64,000 bases of DNA, from NCBI GenBank assembly GCA_035221665.1, contig CM069138.1:71548001-71612000 (forward strand). The letters run 5' to 3'. Each line of letters opens with the position of its first letter. The stretch's first letter is position 1. The notes beneath the pieces are model-generated. The model had not been told where the DNA came from. It saw only the letters and a list, made by a program, of their open reading frames with translations, and ran no database searches. This DNA is from Okamejei kenojei. Its lineage: Eukaryota. Shown piece after piece: positions 1 to 12,963 of the stretch. A program made the position numbers and the translations under genes.

Positions 1-759
1 ACTTCTGGAACATCCAGAGTTTTCAAATTGGGTATGAAGACGTGAAGCGCCCTGATGAGTTTTTCTCTCATCGTCATTCCTGAACTCTCAGCTCCATGCT
101 AAATTTGCAAGTGGCATTTAAAAAAAAGGCTGTCAGCGTGCAACACTTCAGCAAAATGAAATAACATGCAAGACCTATTATCCAATACAAACTTGAATTT
201 CAGAGGTAAAAATCTCAAGCCTTCCCTTCAAAATGACCTAAAATTTAGATTTTATTATGTTTAATACATTTCTAAAAAGTGTTTGACTTAAAATATTTAA
301 TCGAGTCACATGAATCTTCTCATAGGAAAGACCATTCAGTTCAAAAAGGATTTGCCAATGCCATTGCGTTTTATAAAATAAATAATGCTAAAAAGAATTT
401 GCCGTTGTACTTTCAGCGATAAAATATATAAAATGGTATTGAGAAACTGAGGCAAAGTAATGATCAAAACTTGTAAAATTATTTGTCAGCTCAAGCTGTC
501 ATTTTCACAGAAACTTTTGCAGCGGTGTTTGAGCAAGGTCCCTTTAATTTTTTTTCTCGCAGTGCTTTAAGATTAATAAAAATTGTGCTTTAAATGCTGT
601 AAAACATATATGGTTGTGGAATTTTGTTTCCCTCCTCCCAGTTTACTGATTTCCCGCCTACTGTACCTGCATTGCTTCCCTTAGCCAGTGTAGGAATTGT
701 CCTGTCTGCAGTGCTTTGCTCTGAGTGGCTACAATCCCACCAATGCGAAGACTGGTGAG

Positions 760-967
760 GTCGGGGATTGCATATGTAAAGACCTGCTTCATATTAATAA
801 GCTACAATCGGGACTTTAAGACCTTGATTAGGAGAGTGCGAGCTTGGTCCCAGCTGGCTTTGCCTATAGGCTGTCACCAGAGAACATTTGTGTTAATTGT
901 GCCACTCTGTCAGGGAACTTTGATTTATTGCCAGGAGTGTGGACTCGAATAATGGTGCTGAGCGCAC
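760..967 (+). promoter_or_regulatory. ESRRG: Proximal promoter / 5' UTR of the ESRRG long isoform
   Basis: Lies directly upstream of ATG 968. Blocks such as caatcgggactttaagaccttgattaggagag and agaacatttgtgttaattg resemble the mammalian ESRRG 5' UTR as I recall it. The TSS is not determinable from sequence. Confidence 0.65.
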
Positions 968-1023
968 ATGGATTTTGTAGAACTTTGTCTCCCTGAATCT
1001 TTTTCTCTCCGCTACAACGAAGA
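968..1023 (+). CDS. ESRRG: ESRRG first coding exon (long-isoform N-terminus MDFVELCLPESFSLRYNEE)
   Basis: ATG at 968 and donor GA|gtaggt at 1024. The translation matches the mammalian ERRgamma N-terminus MDSVELCLPESFSLHYEEE (recalled). The phase-2 junction joins 24723 in frame (GA+G, then LLCRM). Absent from the ORF track. Confidence 0.95.
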
Positions 1024-1287
1024 GTAGGTACCCTTTTCTTTCCATTCCGGGCTTTTTTTTTGTTTTACAGGGCTACTGGGGATTTGTTGTATATGTGTCT
1101 GTCGTTGTGTGTCTGTGCTGCCTGCTTGCATGTTTTGTGCCAGGATTATGTCCTACTCTTCTGTGTAACGGATGTTCTCTGAATTATCTCCAGATTCCCA
1201 GAAGCAGTCTACTGTTACTGCATATTGTGCTGCTATTTGTAATGTAGCCAAAGATGTGAAAAAGCCATTGGAATGGACAAGGTCTCT

Positions 1288-1352
1288 GCTGTGTGTATGT
1301 GTCTGCGTCTGTGAGTGTGTCTGTGCCTGCGTGTATGTGTGAGTGAGAGAGA
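1288..1352. repeat. Degenerate (GT)n/(GA)n microsatellite
   Basis: gtgtgtatgtgtctgcgtctgtgagtgtgtctgtgcctgcgtgtatgtgtgagtgagagaga. Confidence 0.7.
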
Positions 1353-4300
1353 AACAGATATTACCTTTATTTTAAATGGTGTTTTATTTTATTCTCAAAG
1401 CAAATTACTATGATTGTCTTTTATAATGCACTTGATGTAGTAGCATCCAAATGAAATTTGTACAACATAGCTTTTGTTACTGATTCTAAGCAGAGATTTT
1501 TTTTAACAGGCAGCTTGCCGCAAACGAGGAAAGGGAGAATAAAATCTAGCTGACAACTTGTATCAAGTTCTCTCACTTTTCATTGTACTATTTAAACGAT
1601 TGTCCCTTTAAATGATCGCCCCTGTTCCAGGAGCAACAGGCACGGGCTATGGGAAGAACGTCACAAACCTGTATGAAAATACCTTCACATCTTGAAATGC
1701 TTCAAATAGAGTTTTCTCCCGCTGTTCGGCAGGTTTTGCATATTTGCACGGAGCTTTAAATATTGCAAGAGGTCAGATGCTCCGTTTGAAAGATGCAAGA
1801 TGTACTCTATGACAACCTTGTATTCCGAGGGAAGAGGCTATTTAGTGTGTTCATTTGAATGCTTTTTGCTGCACCTCTTTTGTTGTCAGAGCCTCCAGTG
1901 ATATAGTAATTAACCTGCAGTAAAAATAAAACCCATGCGACTCCTGGTTTCATTCCCACACAAAAGCTTTTTTTAAAAAAAATAAATGTATTCCCTGGCT
2001 TTGTGGTCACTATAAATTACAAAGATTAGAATGCTACAAATGATATTTTAATTGGCGAGACTGTGGCAAAAAGCAATATATTTTTGATCTGCTCGGAATG
2101 TGTATCTGTGCCTATGGTTAAGCTCTCTGGAGGAAATAGGCGATTACACTGGAGCAGTTTGTGCAGTATTATCTCTTTTACATTCACTCGCCTTGTATTA
2201 AATTGTCATTGTCCTAAACCAAGAAAGAAATGAATTGCAGCTTTCAATACTGCCAGACAGTGAAATATTTACCCTCTTGTGTCCCCAATCATACTTCACG
2301 CGTGTTTGATGGCGTGACACTGACACCAACAATCTTGCCGGTTTGATGCTCACTTACAGCTTCTTCCTTTGCTTTCACCTCCCCGGACTTTACGCCACAG
2401 TAAAAAAAAGTGACGCGTCAGATTCCCAACATTACTTTCTCTGCATTGTTTCCTTTGAAGTGCCTGTTTGTTCTTCAAGAGGGACTCAGATGGAAGCAAA
2501 ATACAAATTCATACAACGCCACATTAAAGGGTGGTGGAGCGGCCGGATTCAGCTCTTGCTGGACAAAATGGCCTTCTCTTAAATGACCACTGTAGGCGTG
2601 AGCCAGGCGCAGTTGTTCATTGCAGTGGCTGCTTTACTGTACCCATATGGAGCTATGTAATTGGCTTCAGATTGTATTAGTCAGTCGAGCCTTACAGATC
2701 AGCACTGTCAGGTTTTAACATTAGTATGAATGACACCTGTCCAATCAATCATGTGGCCAGAGCTCTACAGATGGAATGGGTCTTGCCTGCTTAAAAATGC
2801 TACTAAATCATGGCACATACTTGTCTTATTTCATATTGTTATCCTTTCTCGAAATCAAGAGGAAATATTCATTCCACACTTATGGACAGCGCTCAGTCTT
2901 AAAGTGCGTGTATGGAGATGGGTGGGTGCTTTGTAGATAGCTGGCGTAATGGCAAGTGCTATAATTGGCTTTACTGTGTTAAACTAATCCCAGCAGGTTA
3001 GACAGATAAGAGATTTCAGAACAAGTATATGTCCAGTTTCACTTGAGGCCCAGTGCTGCGGCTGACCAATTGTCCAGTCTGCAAATTCTCAAGCAGATAA
3101 ATTAAAGGGTAATTTTATACCCTCCTACTGCTCAGGGTTCGTCTTACTACTTAGTCTTTTCTTCGGTTATGCTGCCTCTTCATGCATTATTCTTTGGCTT
3201 GGAAATTACCTTTCTCTATTTTAAATATTCTTGCGCAGGATTTTAAAACGATGATCAGAAATTCTGAAATTAGCAATAACATCCAGTTTTTAATGTTCAG
3301 TTCAAAAATATAAGTAAAGCATGCGTTAAATGGCTAACCGAGTAAAGGCTTCTGAGTTAATTAATTGTGGCTGCTTTTCTATTTGTAATACTTTTTTTAT
3401 ATCACGATGTGGCCTCAGATAACATAGAAAATGTTTTTAACTGTTGTAATTGTTCTGTTCAGCTACTCGGTAGAACGATGAGGGCTTTGAAATGTTGATA
3501 TATTTTGAATAGGCACGAGCAATCATTACTGGAGGCAGCTTGTTACCCAGTGTGAATAAAATGCCAAGTTTTACATCAGTGAAACTCAATGATTCATACT
3601 TTGGATTTCAAATCAAACAGCGGTAAGCCATGCTGTGGCATCTCAATGTTTGAATTTTTTCTATCCTTGCGACAGTGTTGGATAATTCAACCGAGGAGAC
3701 CTTAGTAAAATTACTACCTTTTCCCGAAGTCGATTTAGTGCAGCTATTTCATTTTAATTCAGGCTGCTTTAGGCAAGCACGCAATCTAGAAGGTTAGTTT
3801 TTTCAATTTGTTACAGTAAGAATATTGAAGAACACATTTTTTAAGCACTAGATTTATTTTTATTCACCCTCAAAAAAGTTTAAAAGTTACTTCAAACAGT
3901 TAAAGGCTATTTTATTTTTAAAGATTTTTTTGGTAAAGATTTTGCATGTAAACCCCTTATCAGTTAGAGTAATTCAATAACGCCTCAGCTGGTTGCTGCT
4001 GCTGAACTCCAGGATAGTCCCTGGAGATTTTGTAATTAATATATGGACCTTTTTGTCAAGTTCTTTTTCTAAATTCCTTAGCTCCTGCTTGGTTAGGAAG
4101 CCAGAATTAAATTTTATATTGAGCAAGTGTAATCTTCGATTCTAGCCACATTAGACTAGTCTATGACTATATTTTGTTAGCATGTTTTAAAGGAACAAGA
4201 ACCACTTCAGCGATCTTTATTCTTTTTAATCATCATCATAAATTGCAATTTAGTCCCTTCTATGTGCCTCAAATTTGTCCTGACAGGATGATGCTGGTGT

Positions 4301-5111
4301 TCAAGAGCATGTCACCAAAACCCATTGCGCCGAGCACTGATAAAGGCATACGCTAGTTAGTCCTGACAGAGTGCGGGAATGTTGCTATTCTGTGCCATAG
4401 GTTGCAACTTTCATCCTTGTGGATTACGGCAGGTCAACCCCTTATCTCTCTCCTTTTATTTCCCCCCCCCCCCCCTCTTCCTTTGAGATTGAGGATGGTA
4501 AGTGGAGCCAGGTGAGGTTGTTTGTGTGCATGATACAGGTCACTCCCTAAAACAAAACAGTTTGGTTAATATCTAGTCATCAGCTGGTGTGCACAATGCA
4601 AAAAAACAGGCTCATTCCAGAAAACTGTTGGCAACCCAAACAGACCAAACCAAAGCTTGAAGTCGTCTTCCGCTGGGTTGGGTCTATTTTCTAAACAAAG
4701 AACAGGGTGCCGTCGAGAGCTCTACACCCTTCCAGTTAATGAACACATAGTCCGAAAATTATTTTTATTTTTTTGTTTTGTTTCTGAATTGTTGTTTGAA
4801 TCTTTCAAGTTTTCCACAGTGGTAAAGTTATGTTACCAAACCTAAAGTGGACTTGAATTTGTGAATTTGGTTGCTTGTATATGTTTTTTAAGGTGCTCTT
4901 TGTTGATTTGGATTGCAGACATCGTTCCCATTGCGAAGCCATACTATAACTTACGTGTCAGGTGATAATTGGACTTTAAAAAACAAATGTTATAACACAG
5001 AGCTGAACACCATGAGCATTGCAGTCCCAAATGGACATGAGTCTGGATTTTTGAAATGCCAAGATGGTCCGTTGGAAGAATTAGCTCCTTTAAACTATTT
5101 CATATTGAATT

Positions 5112-5487
5112 GTGTCATTGAAGCATACAGCATAGAGACAGCCCCTTTGGTCCAGCTTGTCCAAGTTGACCCAGTTGATGAGCCAAACTAGTCACACTTG
5201 CTTGGACCTGCCTCATATCCCTCCAATCCTTTCCTATCTATGTACTGGTCCGAGTATCTTTTAAATGCCATAATTGTAGCTGCCTCTACCACTTCCTCCG
5301 GCAGCTCATTCCACGTATGGACCACAATCCAAGTGAAAGGTTTGCCCCTTGGGCTCTTTTCAAATAGTTCCCCTCTCACCTCAAACGTATGCCCTCGTTT
5401 TTTGACTCCCTTACCCTGGGAGAAAAAGCTGTGGCTGTTCACCTCATCTATACTCTTCATGATGTTATAAACCTCTACAAGATCATC
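5112..5487 (-). mobile_element. CR1-type LINE 3' fragment
   Basis: The minus-strand ORF DLVEVYNIMKSIDEV...RGHTFEVRG...VVHTWNELPEEVVEA...GLEGY is the typical CR1 ORF2 C-terminus, followed by 3' UTR. Confidence 0.85.
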
Positions 5488-5653
5488 GCACGGCACTTTT
5501 TTTAATATTGGGAACAAGCGGATGCTTTGGTTGACTCCCTCACCAGTACAACACTCGGAGAACAGCCTTTATTCAACCCAGCATGCAAAATGCAATTTGC
5601 AGCCTACAGTATAACTTTAGCCTAACCAGCTGTACTTCATATTTCACAGTCAC

Positions 5654-5796
5654 TTCTTCTTCTTCTGTCGTGTGGCGTGCATAGCCTAAAGTTGTTGGAC
5701 AACTTGTTCTATTTGATCTTCCGTTTGTGCACGTCGAGTTGATTGCATTAGTCGAAACAGGGCGGACCACGTGAAGGTTGCAATCTTCCACCCCGC
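5654..5796 (-). mobile_element. Short retroposon insertion with (GAA)n tail, RTE-like
   Basis: 9-bp TSD CACAGTCAC at 5645-5653 and 5797-5805. (CTT)n at the left end is a (GAA)n 3' tail on the minus strand. The family assignment is an inference. Confidence 0.7.
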
Positions 5797-6972
5797 CACA
5801 GTCACTGATCTAAGACTGACAATTAAATACAACTTTTGAGAGAAAAAAATAAGGGAACCAGAGCACATCTATTTAAATTTGGAGGACAAAGTTATTTTTA
5901 AACGATGCTTCGAGATTCATAATAAGGAAGGGAATTAGATTACTATTGTTGGGTGACTTACATTGTCTAAGACTTCACATTCTGTAGAGATATGTGGGCA
6001 AAGATGTACTAATTCAACCATGTGCATATGAGTTTACTACGTTGAAGCTAAATCTCGGTTTTGAGAAGTTGTATCCATTTACAGGAGTTCACTGCCTCCA
6101 TGTGTCTCTCTTCGCATCTTTCTCCCAGTAACTAGACCTTAAATCATTTTAGCCTGTGTTTAAATTTAAAGCCTATTTATTAAGGTTAGCTATCATTCTA
6201 TTCCAGGAGATAATCATATTTTGTTACTCAGCTATCCCTTGACAAAATAGGACAGTATTGTAGGTCTTTTGTGAACACACGGTTTTCAAGACGAGGTGGA
6301 CGATTCCATAAATAAGCTGCGGAATTTCAGATGAAAATTGGTTTCTGCTGGATTGATGCTAATATACCTGGAAGGAAGCTAGTTCGTGCTGAAGCATCCA
6401 GCGTCAGACAGGGCTGTGTGCCATCTGTCCCACCTGCTGCATAGTTAGTCCATCTGGTTATTCAGAATGTGCTTTGTGGGTTTTACCGGAGCAGCTTCAG
6501 TGCCAATAGGCAAGCAAGCAGAGTAAATTATTTAAGCAGCCAATGTAAACTGAAAGCTCTCACCCTGGATGCTGGGGATTGTGTTAAATGCTTGAAAGCT
6601 TCTATTTGCATATAGATTTAGATACTGTATATAGATCATAGAGGAGATAGCAACCAAATTATCTTTATCTAGATTGTTACAGGACATTTTTTCTTGTCTG
6701 TGTCAGGCAAGAATATGAATATTTCTGGAATGTTTTTGTTTGTGGTTTGCGAGGATGATGAAGGTAAAATATATGCAGGGTTGTAGCCCCTTTAGTAGAG
6801 CACTAAGCATTAGCAAATACGCTCGAACCTCTTTAGAACATCAAGACTGTGCATTTTATTATTCCCTGTCATCAACTTACTTGCTAAGCAGTCTTTGCAA
6901 ATCTAATATGGGATTTCAAATGAAAAAAACAACACAAATGGAAAACATAGAACTAAAAGAGGGGGAGTAAAT

Positions 6973-8772
6973 CAAACAAGGATTTTAAAGACAGCAGATC
7001 TATCTAGCCCATTTGTTTGTGTTCCAGGTAGTTCGCAGAAAAATGCAAAGCAGAGTATTTGAAACACTTAAATTTTTTATTATCGGTTAAAAGATCTATT
7101 TTGAATTTCCCCAAAAAACAGCTGTGTTTCCCATCAATTTGAATGGATATTTATTGCTGAAAGCTAACCAGGTAAGGCATGGCGGTCATTTAGTTTTATC
7201 AATTATAATATCAGCCACATAAAATAACACTACCTCTGAATACTTTAACAAAAACTACTTTTGATATTTTATTACTTCGCAGGACAGAGGAAGATAGAAA
7301 CTTTACCGTTTAAGAGATAAGGATGTCAAAGTTCTTGTCCCGACTCACTTACAAAATAATTTCAAACCAAGAGAGTGCTTGTAAAGTTACATTTCTGCAT
7401 AACTTTTACTAAACTTCCGTGGATTTTTAAAGACACATTGAATTGTCAGTAGTATCAGTCTTATAATGGAATGCAAGAATGCAAACTGTCTGATCGCTGA
7501 GACTTGCTTATTTTGCACCTGAAATTTGTACAGCGAATCACCCATAAGTTTAATATTTCTGATATAGGTAGAGAGTTGATGCTTCTCCTGACCCCTCAAA
7601 ATGAGAAACTGAGAATCCCTTGATAAAGCACCAACCGTTTGTTCTTGAATGTTGTTTCTCGGAGGTTGGTTACCCCATTGAGGAAAATTAAAAACTGCCA
7701 AGCTAATATGGAGGCTGCCACAATTCAGGGGTAGATTGTGAATTCAGAGATCTCTTTATATTTCATACTAGTAGAGAGCATAATGTTGATACCCTGCTTC
7801 AAGCCAAATTAAAATATGTTGTGCCGCTGTAATGGAACCTTACACACCACTAGAGGCTGCTAACCCATTTTTGTGTCACTAACTAGTAATGACTTAATTG
7901 GAACACCCATCACGGCTTGTTGGTCAAGTTTGCTGGGCTGAGATGCCCAGTGGGTCACATGTCCATAGGATCTGGCTTCATTCAGCCCCATGCTCAAGTT
8001 GCCATTCTTCATTCAGAAGCCTAAGTGTAGTGGGCTAATTAACCACGAGAGGCGACACAACTCATCCAAACCTGGACCTTACTGACACCACAATTGTTCG
8101 AGTTCCTCAATTGCATCCACATCAACATTTTGCCTCTTAGCCTTAAATAACCAAGACCAATTGCCTTGTCGCAGATGCTGTTCTGGTAGAAAACAGAGCC
8201 AGTAAAGCACTTCACAATTAATGCAAGTAGGAAATTATAATTCAAGCATTAACTGAAAAAAAAACGTGAGATGCTATAAAACGATGTATGCAGAATTTCT
8301 AAGGTTCAACGAAAACATCTGAATGGATTTATGAATATTCATTAAAATGGGGAACAATGCTTGTACAGTAATTCTCCGTGTAAGCTGATCAAAGGGGAGA
8401 AATGTTAGTTTAAGTGCTCTGTTCAAATGTTCCTCGAGAACAATCTGCCATATCGTTATCGTTAAAAACTATTTTACCATATTGTCATTTTATGGTTGTA
8501 ACAATTGGCACGCAGTGTAGTTTGGGAGTGTAGAGCACACTCTATCAACGGATTGAGCAATCTAATACACAGATGAACCATTAGCATGTGCAAGAGAAAA
8601 CATAGATTCATGCTCGTGCAAAGAGACTTCATCCTCCACATGAACCTTGCCCTTTACGATACTGTCAACACTGTTAAGTGTTTCAAATACTCTGCTTTGC
8701 ATTTTTCTGCGAACTACCTGGAACACAAACAAATGGGCTAGATAGATCTGCTGTCTTTAAAATCCTTGTTTG
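6973..8772. repeat. Perfect 99-bp inverted repeat pair (6973-7071 and 8674-8772)
   Basis: caaacaaggattttaaagacagcagatc...gaaacacttaa is the exact reverse complement of ttaagtgtttc...aatccttgtttg, compared base by base. Confidence 0.95.
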
Positions 8773-9692
8773 CTTGCAGGTCCTTTCATAATTTTTACTG
8801 TATTTTCTGTGTTTTTTTTTAATATTTAGGACCAACAGTTGTGCCAATCCAGCCAGGGAAGAGAGTATCTTAGCCCTCGGCTCATGGAAATGGAATCTCT
8901 TTAAATTAACTCCTTTTTGTATGCACATTAGTTCAGAATATCAATTAGTTGTCATGATATGGAAATAAAATCAGCTAGTCTTCAATGAAGGGTTATGGTG
9001 CCTTATTGCCATGCAGACCAGCTGTTAAAGAAGCAGTCCTTGATTGGCTTCTCCCTTAGGTTTGTTCCCGTCAAACCTATTAAGATCAATTCAGTTGAAA
9101 AGTCCTGCTGTGGTCAGTACAGTGTTGTGCATATTTTAGTGACACAAGGTAATATCTACATCACCCATGATCTGCTATAATTCACTATATATTCAGCAAT
9201 CTATCGTACTCGCATCTGAAGGCATTCTTCAATTCTGAAGTGGGTTAATATCGCCTCTGGTCAGCAGAAAAGTCCATCTGTTTTATAAAAAAATAGGAAG
9301 ATATTAGGCCTAGCTGATAGATGGGTTAAATCAACTGATTTAACTGATTTCCCACCAGAGGTGATATTTTATTTATGATAAAATGCTTGGAAAGTGATTA
9401 ATTTGTCAAGGGAATGTCTTGTTACTGTAAATTTACTGAAACTGTAATAAGTATATTGCTGCAACCCAGATGGTGGAACAAAGAGGCAGTTACTAATGAA
9501 GAGACAGAGATTCACTAAATGTTGTAACACAAGTTCATTTTTCAGAAAGCATTTTGCTTTACCAGATAAATATAGAATTGTGAATTAGCATTTATAACAG
9601 GTCCATGAAATGCAGCAGTGGCTGCTTGTTTTCTTAGCTTGAGCAAGTTCATTCTGCTGTCATTTCTCAAGGTTTCATCTGGCCCCATAAAT

Positions 9693-9885
9693 GGGCAGCA
9701 CTGTGGCACTGTACTAGAACCCAGCTGCCTCACAGCTCCGGCCCAGCTCCGGTCCCGACCTCTGTGGCTGTCTGTGTGGAGTTTGCACATCCTTTGCGGG
9801 CCTACACGGGCTGACCCTGGTTTCCTCCCACATCTCAGAGATGTACAGGTTGATAGGTTAATTGTCCAGTGTAAATTGCCAGCAG
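9693..9885 (+). mobile_element. Degenerate tRNA-derived SINE (HE1/V-SINE-like)
   Basis: ggcagcactgtggcac...gctgcctcacagctcc...gtctgtgtggagtttgcacat...ggtttcctcccacatc; same body as 11811-12130. Confidence 0.7.
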
Positions 9886-11810
9886 AGATTGGAGGACAGC
9901 TCTATGATCCAACATGGACTCAGCAGATTAAAATGGTTTACTTTTATACCCCATAGAAATATGGAAGTGAAGAATCGTGCCTGTAAAATTGCTTCTAACC
10001 CTTTGAATAACTCGTATGCCATCAGTAGCAGGGGAGGGAGCAGACCATGAGGTTATATGTAGACTGCGCAGTGAATATATTAAAAAAATTGACTTTTTTT
10101 TAAATTGTCTGCCGTGGAGGAAGTGTACATTTATTTTGTTTGTGGACTGCAGGTCCTCCCCTGGCAGGTTACGAGGGGTTTCCGTTCCTGAAAACTGTTT
10201 GTGACTCAAAGAATTTGTAAGTTGCATATGTGGCTTCCCAGCAATATATATTTAAATAGAAACAAAGGCCAAACAAGGGCAAAGTGCAGTTAAACCAGGG
10301 CGTTTAACTCAGCTATTCAGATATTGCTGCAAACTGAGTTGTCACACAGCAGATGATGCTTGCAGCCTTGCAGTACCCGGCAGATCCATGCCGACGGTCT
10401 GTCAAACACTCGATCGCATATATGAGCTGTACAGAAGTCCAGCGTCCGTTACCTGGGGAGAATTTGTACATTATTCCAGGGTTTCTCATTCCACCAAGGA
10501 TGTGCAATTGTATCTTTTTAAAGTATAAAGTATACAGTTTAGAGTATAAAGTAACAATTGGAATTGTTGATAAGGAGAAAGAAAGAAAAATGCCTTCCAT
10601 CCTCGAGACCAAAGCGGTTCACAACTCTGATGTTTTAAGCACACCCACTGTGTAATATAGTCAAACAGATCAAGCAACTTGCATATAACAGGTCCCTACA
10701 TGGGGTGTCACCTCTTGGTGATCTGATGCTGTGAGAAAGATTTGTAAACATCGGTTCATACATTTTTTTACCCCAAACCTTTATATGTTAAAGGCATTTT
10801 ATTTTTTAAATGACTGACTGCTGAACCATTCCAGGATACCCACCAGGCTTCTGCTTCCCAACTTTTCATGGCCAACTGCATTCAGTTTTCTTCCTGTTTT
10901 TGTTTCGCATCTTCATGTAAAACATGTTCTGTTGAATAAGACTCAACAACTAACATGTGCTGTAGTTCTACCAAATCACAGTCAAGCACAGGGACAAACA
11001 GAATCGCAATAATCGAGGCACCCGCACAAATAAAATTAACAGAGCAATTTTTTTAACAACATTTGTAAAGGACTTTTGTGCTTGAGGTTGAAAAGACAAT
11101 ATAACTATGAATTTGTGATCGTGTTTTAAATATGCTGTAATCTAATATTAATCTATTAAACTCAACATGAAAAATTTAGTTTGGATCTTAAAAATGGAAT
11201 GCAATTACTGGAGTCATATTTCGCACAGTTAAATTAATGTGTATTAAAATGAAAAATTTAAATAGCTGATAAGTTGTTCGCATTTTTATACACTTTACAA
11301 CCAATAAGATGAAAAAGATTGCATTAAATTGGCACAATTTTAAAGTATGATCTATTTGAAATTTATAGTTAAAATAATACTGGAAATATGGGGAAAAAAT
11401 AAAAAATCAACGCTAGCAATAATAGTGATCTAAAAGAAGTGTATTATAATAAAAGCTCACAGTAAGGAATACCCATTGCTGCACTTGATTAACAGTAAAA
11501 CGTGCATCTTTTGTAACGCACACATTGTTGCCTGATTTCCACTGTTTATATAACACACAGTTTAATCAGAAATTTAGATTGACTAATTACTCTTCCAACC
11601 GCCCGTGAGTTGTTGCTGCTGACCATCATTGAGTCTTAAAAATATATAATTGTTTGATTTTTAGACAACTGCTCCCCAATTACAATCACCTTTTTTAAAA
11701 AAAAAGCTTGAGGAACTTTAGCACAGTCGGGCAACATGAACAAATAGTTTCCATGGGATACAAGATGGGAATCAGTTTGGTTGGTGCAGTGATAACAGGC
11801 TCTACAGAGC

Positions 11811-12130
11811 GGCACAGCGACACAGTGGTAGAGTTGCTGCTTTACAGCACTTGCAGTGGCAGAGATCCAGGTTCAATCTTGACTAAAAGTGCTGTCTGTC
11901 CTGAGTTTGTACGCTCTCCCCGTGACTGCGTGGGTTTTCTCCGAGATCTTCAGTTTCCTCCCACACTTCAAAGACGTTCAGGTTTGCAGGTTAATTGGCT
12001 TTGTATAAATGTAAATTGTCCCTAGTATGTGTAGGATAGTGTTAATGTGCGGGGATCGCTGGTCGGTGCGGACTCGGTGAGCCGAAGGGCATGTTTCTGC
12101 GCTGTATCTGTAAAACAAATAAAAACTAAA
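11811..12130 (+). mobile_element. tRNA-derived SINE (elasmobranch HE1/V-SINE-like), near full length
   Basis: tRNA-like head (cagtggtagag...ggttcaatc A/B boxes), core gagtttgtacgctctccccgtgactgcgtggg, CR1-like 3' end and (aaact)-type tail. Confidence 0.85.
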
Positions 12131-12963
12131 TGTCTGCTCATGGTGACTGAACCCAATGTGGTCTCTTTCTCCCTTTCATCAGATGGTCAATCTGTAGCAG
12201 GCACTGCATTGGATGGAAACACAAGAACATGTATGAAATTGTTGGAGACGATCTCCATGGGTCATACTTGTACTGCAATCTTGTATTAATATGGAACATA
12301 TTTCTTCTTACATACAGGCATTTTTAGAAGTGGCAGAGGCAGAATACAACAGCCCAAGAAATGGCTGCAGAGTTAGAGATGTATGATTAACCCTTGCCTG
12401 TTCAGTGGAAGGCAGCCAGCACGCCAGCTTTTTTTGCCGCTTGCTCATTTCTGTGATTTCTGCCTCCAGCTAGTGCCAGTCGTGCTGTTCATTTGCTATT
12501 CCTTCATCGGAGCACAATCCTGCCAATGGCTAACACCAATTAAAGCCGGCCTGCACTGCTTACAGACAGCACCGGAGAAATGGTACGGGTGTGGGTGGGC
12601 AATCCACAATCTCTCCGACTTAGGACACCGAGGAGAAAACTGACTAACTTTCAGATCTAGTAACCAAAGGATTTGATGGAGAAGATAGGAAGCAAGAGAA
12701 ATGTTTTGAACATAGTTGAGCCAGGAGAGCAACCAGGTCCACATCAGAAGGTAAGGGAACAAATAACCCTGAGGTCAATGCTGGAATCCTCTGTAGGGAA
12801 TCTAGAAAAAGTGTGATTAAAAAGCTCAGTGAACACGCTAATTGTTAAGGTCAGGAAGCACACCTTTAGTGGTATATCTATCTTAGGTTCAGGTACTTAA
12901 CAATTTACTGTAACTCCACTACAATCAGGACTGAGAGCTAACATACGTGGCCTCAAATACTTA

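Noticed and set aside
11811-11885. tRNA gene
   Set aside because: It is a degenerate tRNA-like SINE head continuous with the SINE body; the same holds at 15002 and 49270-49330.
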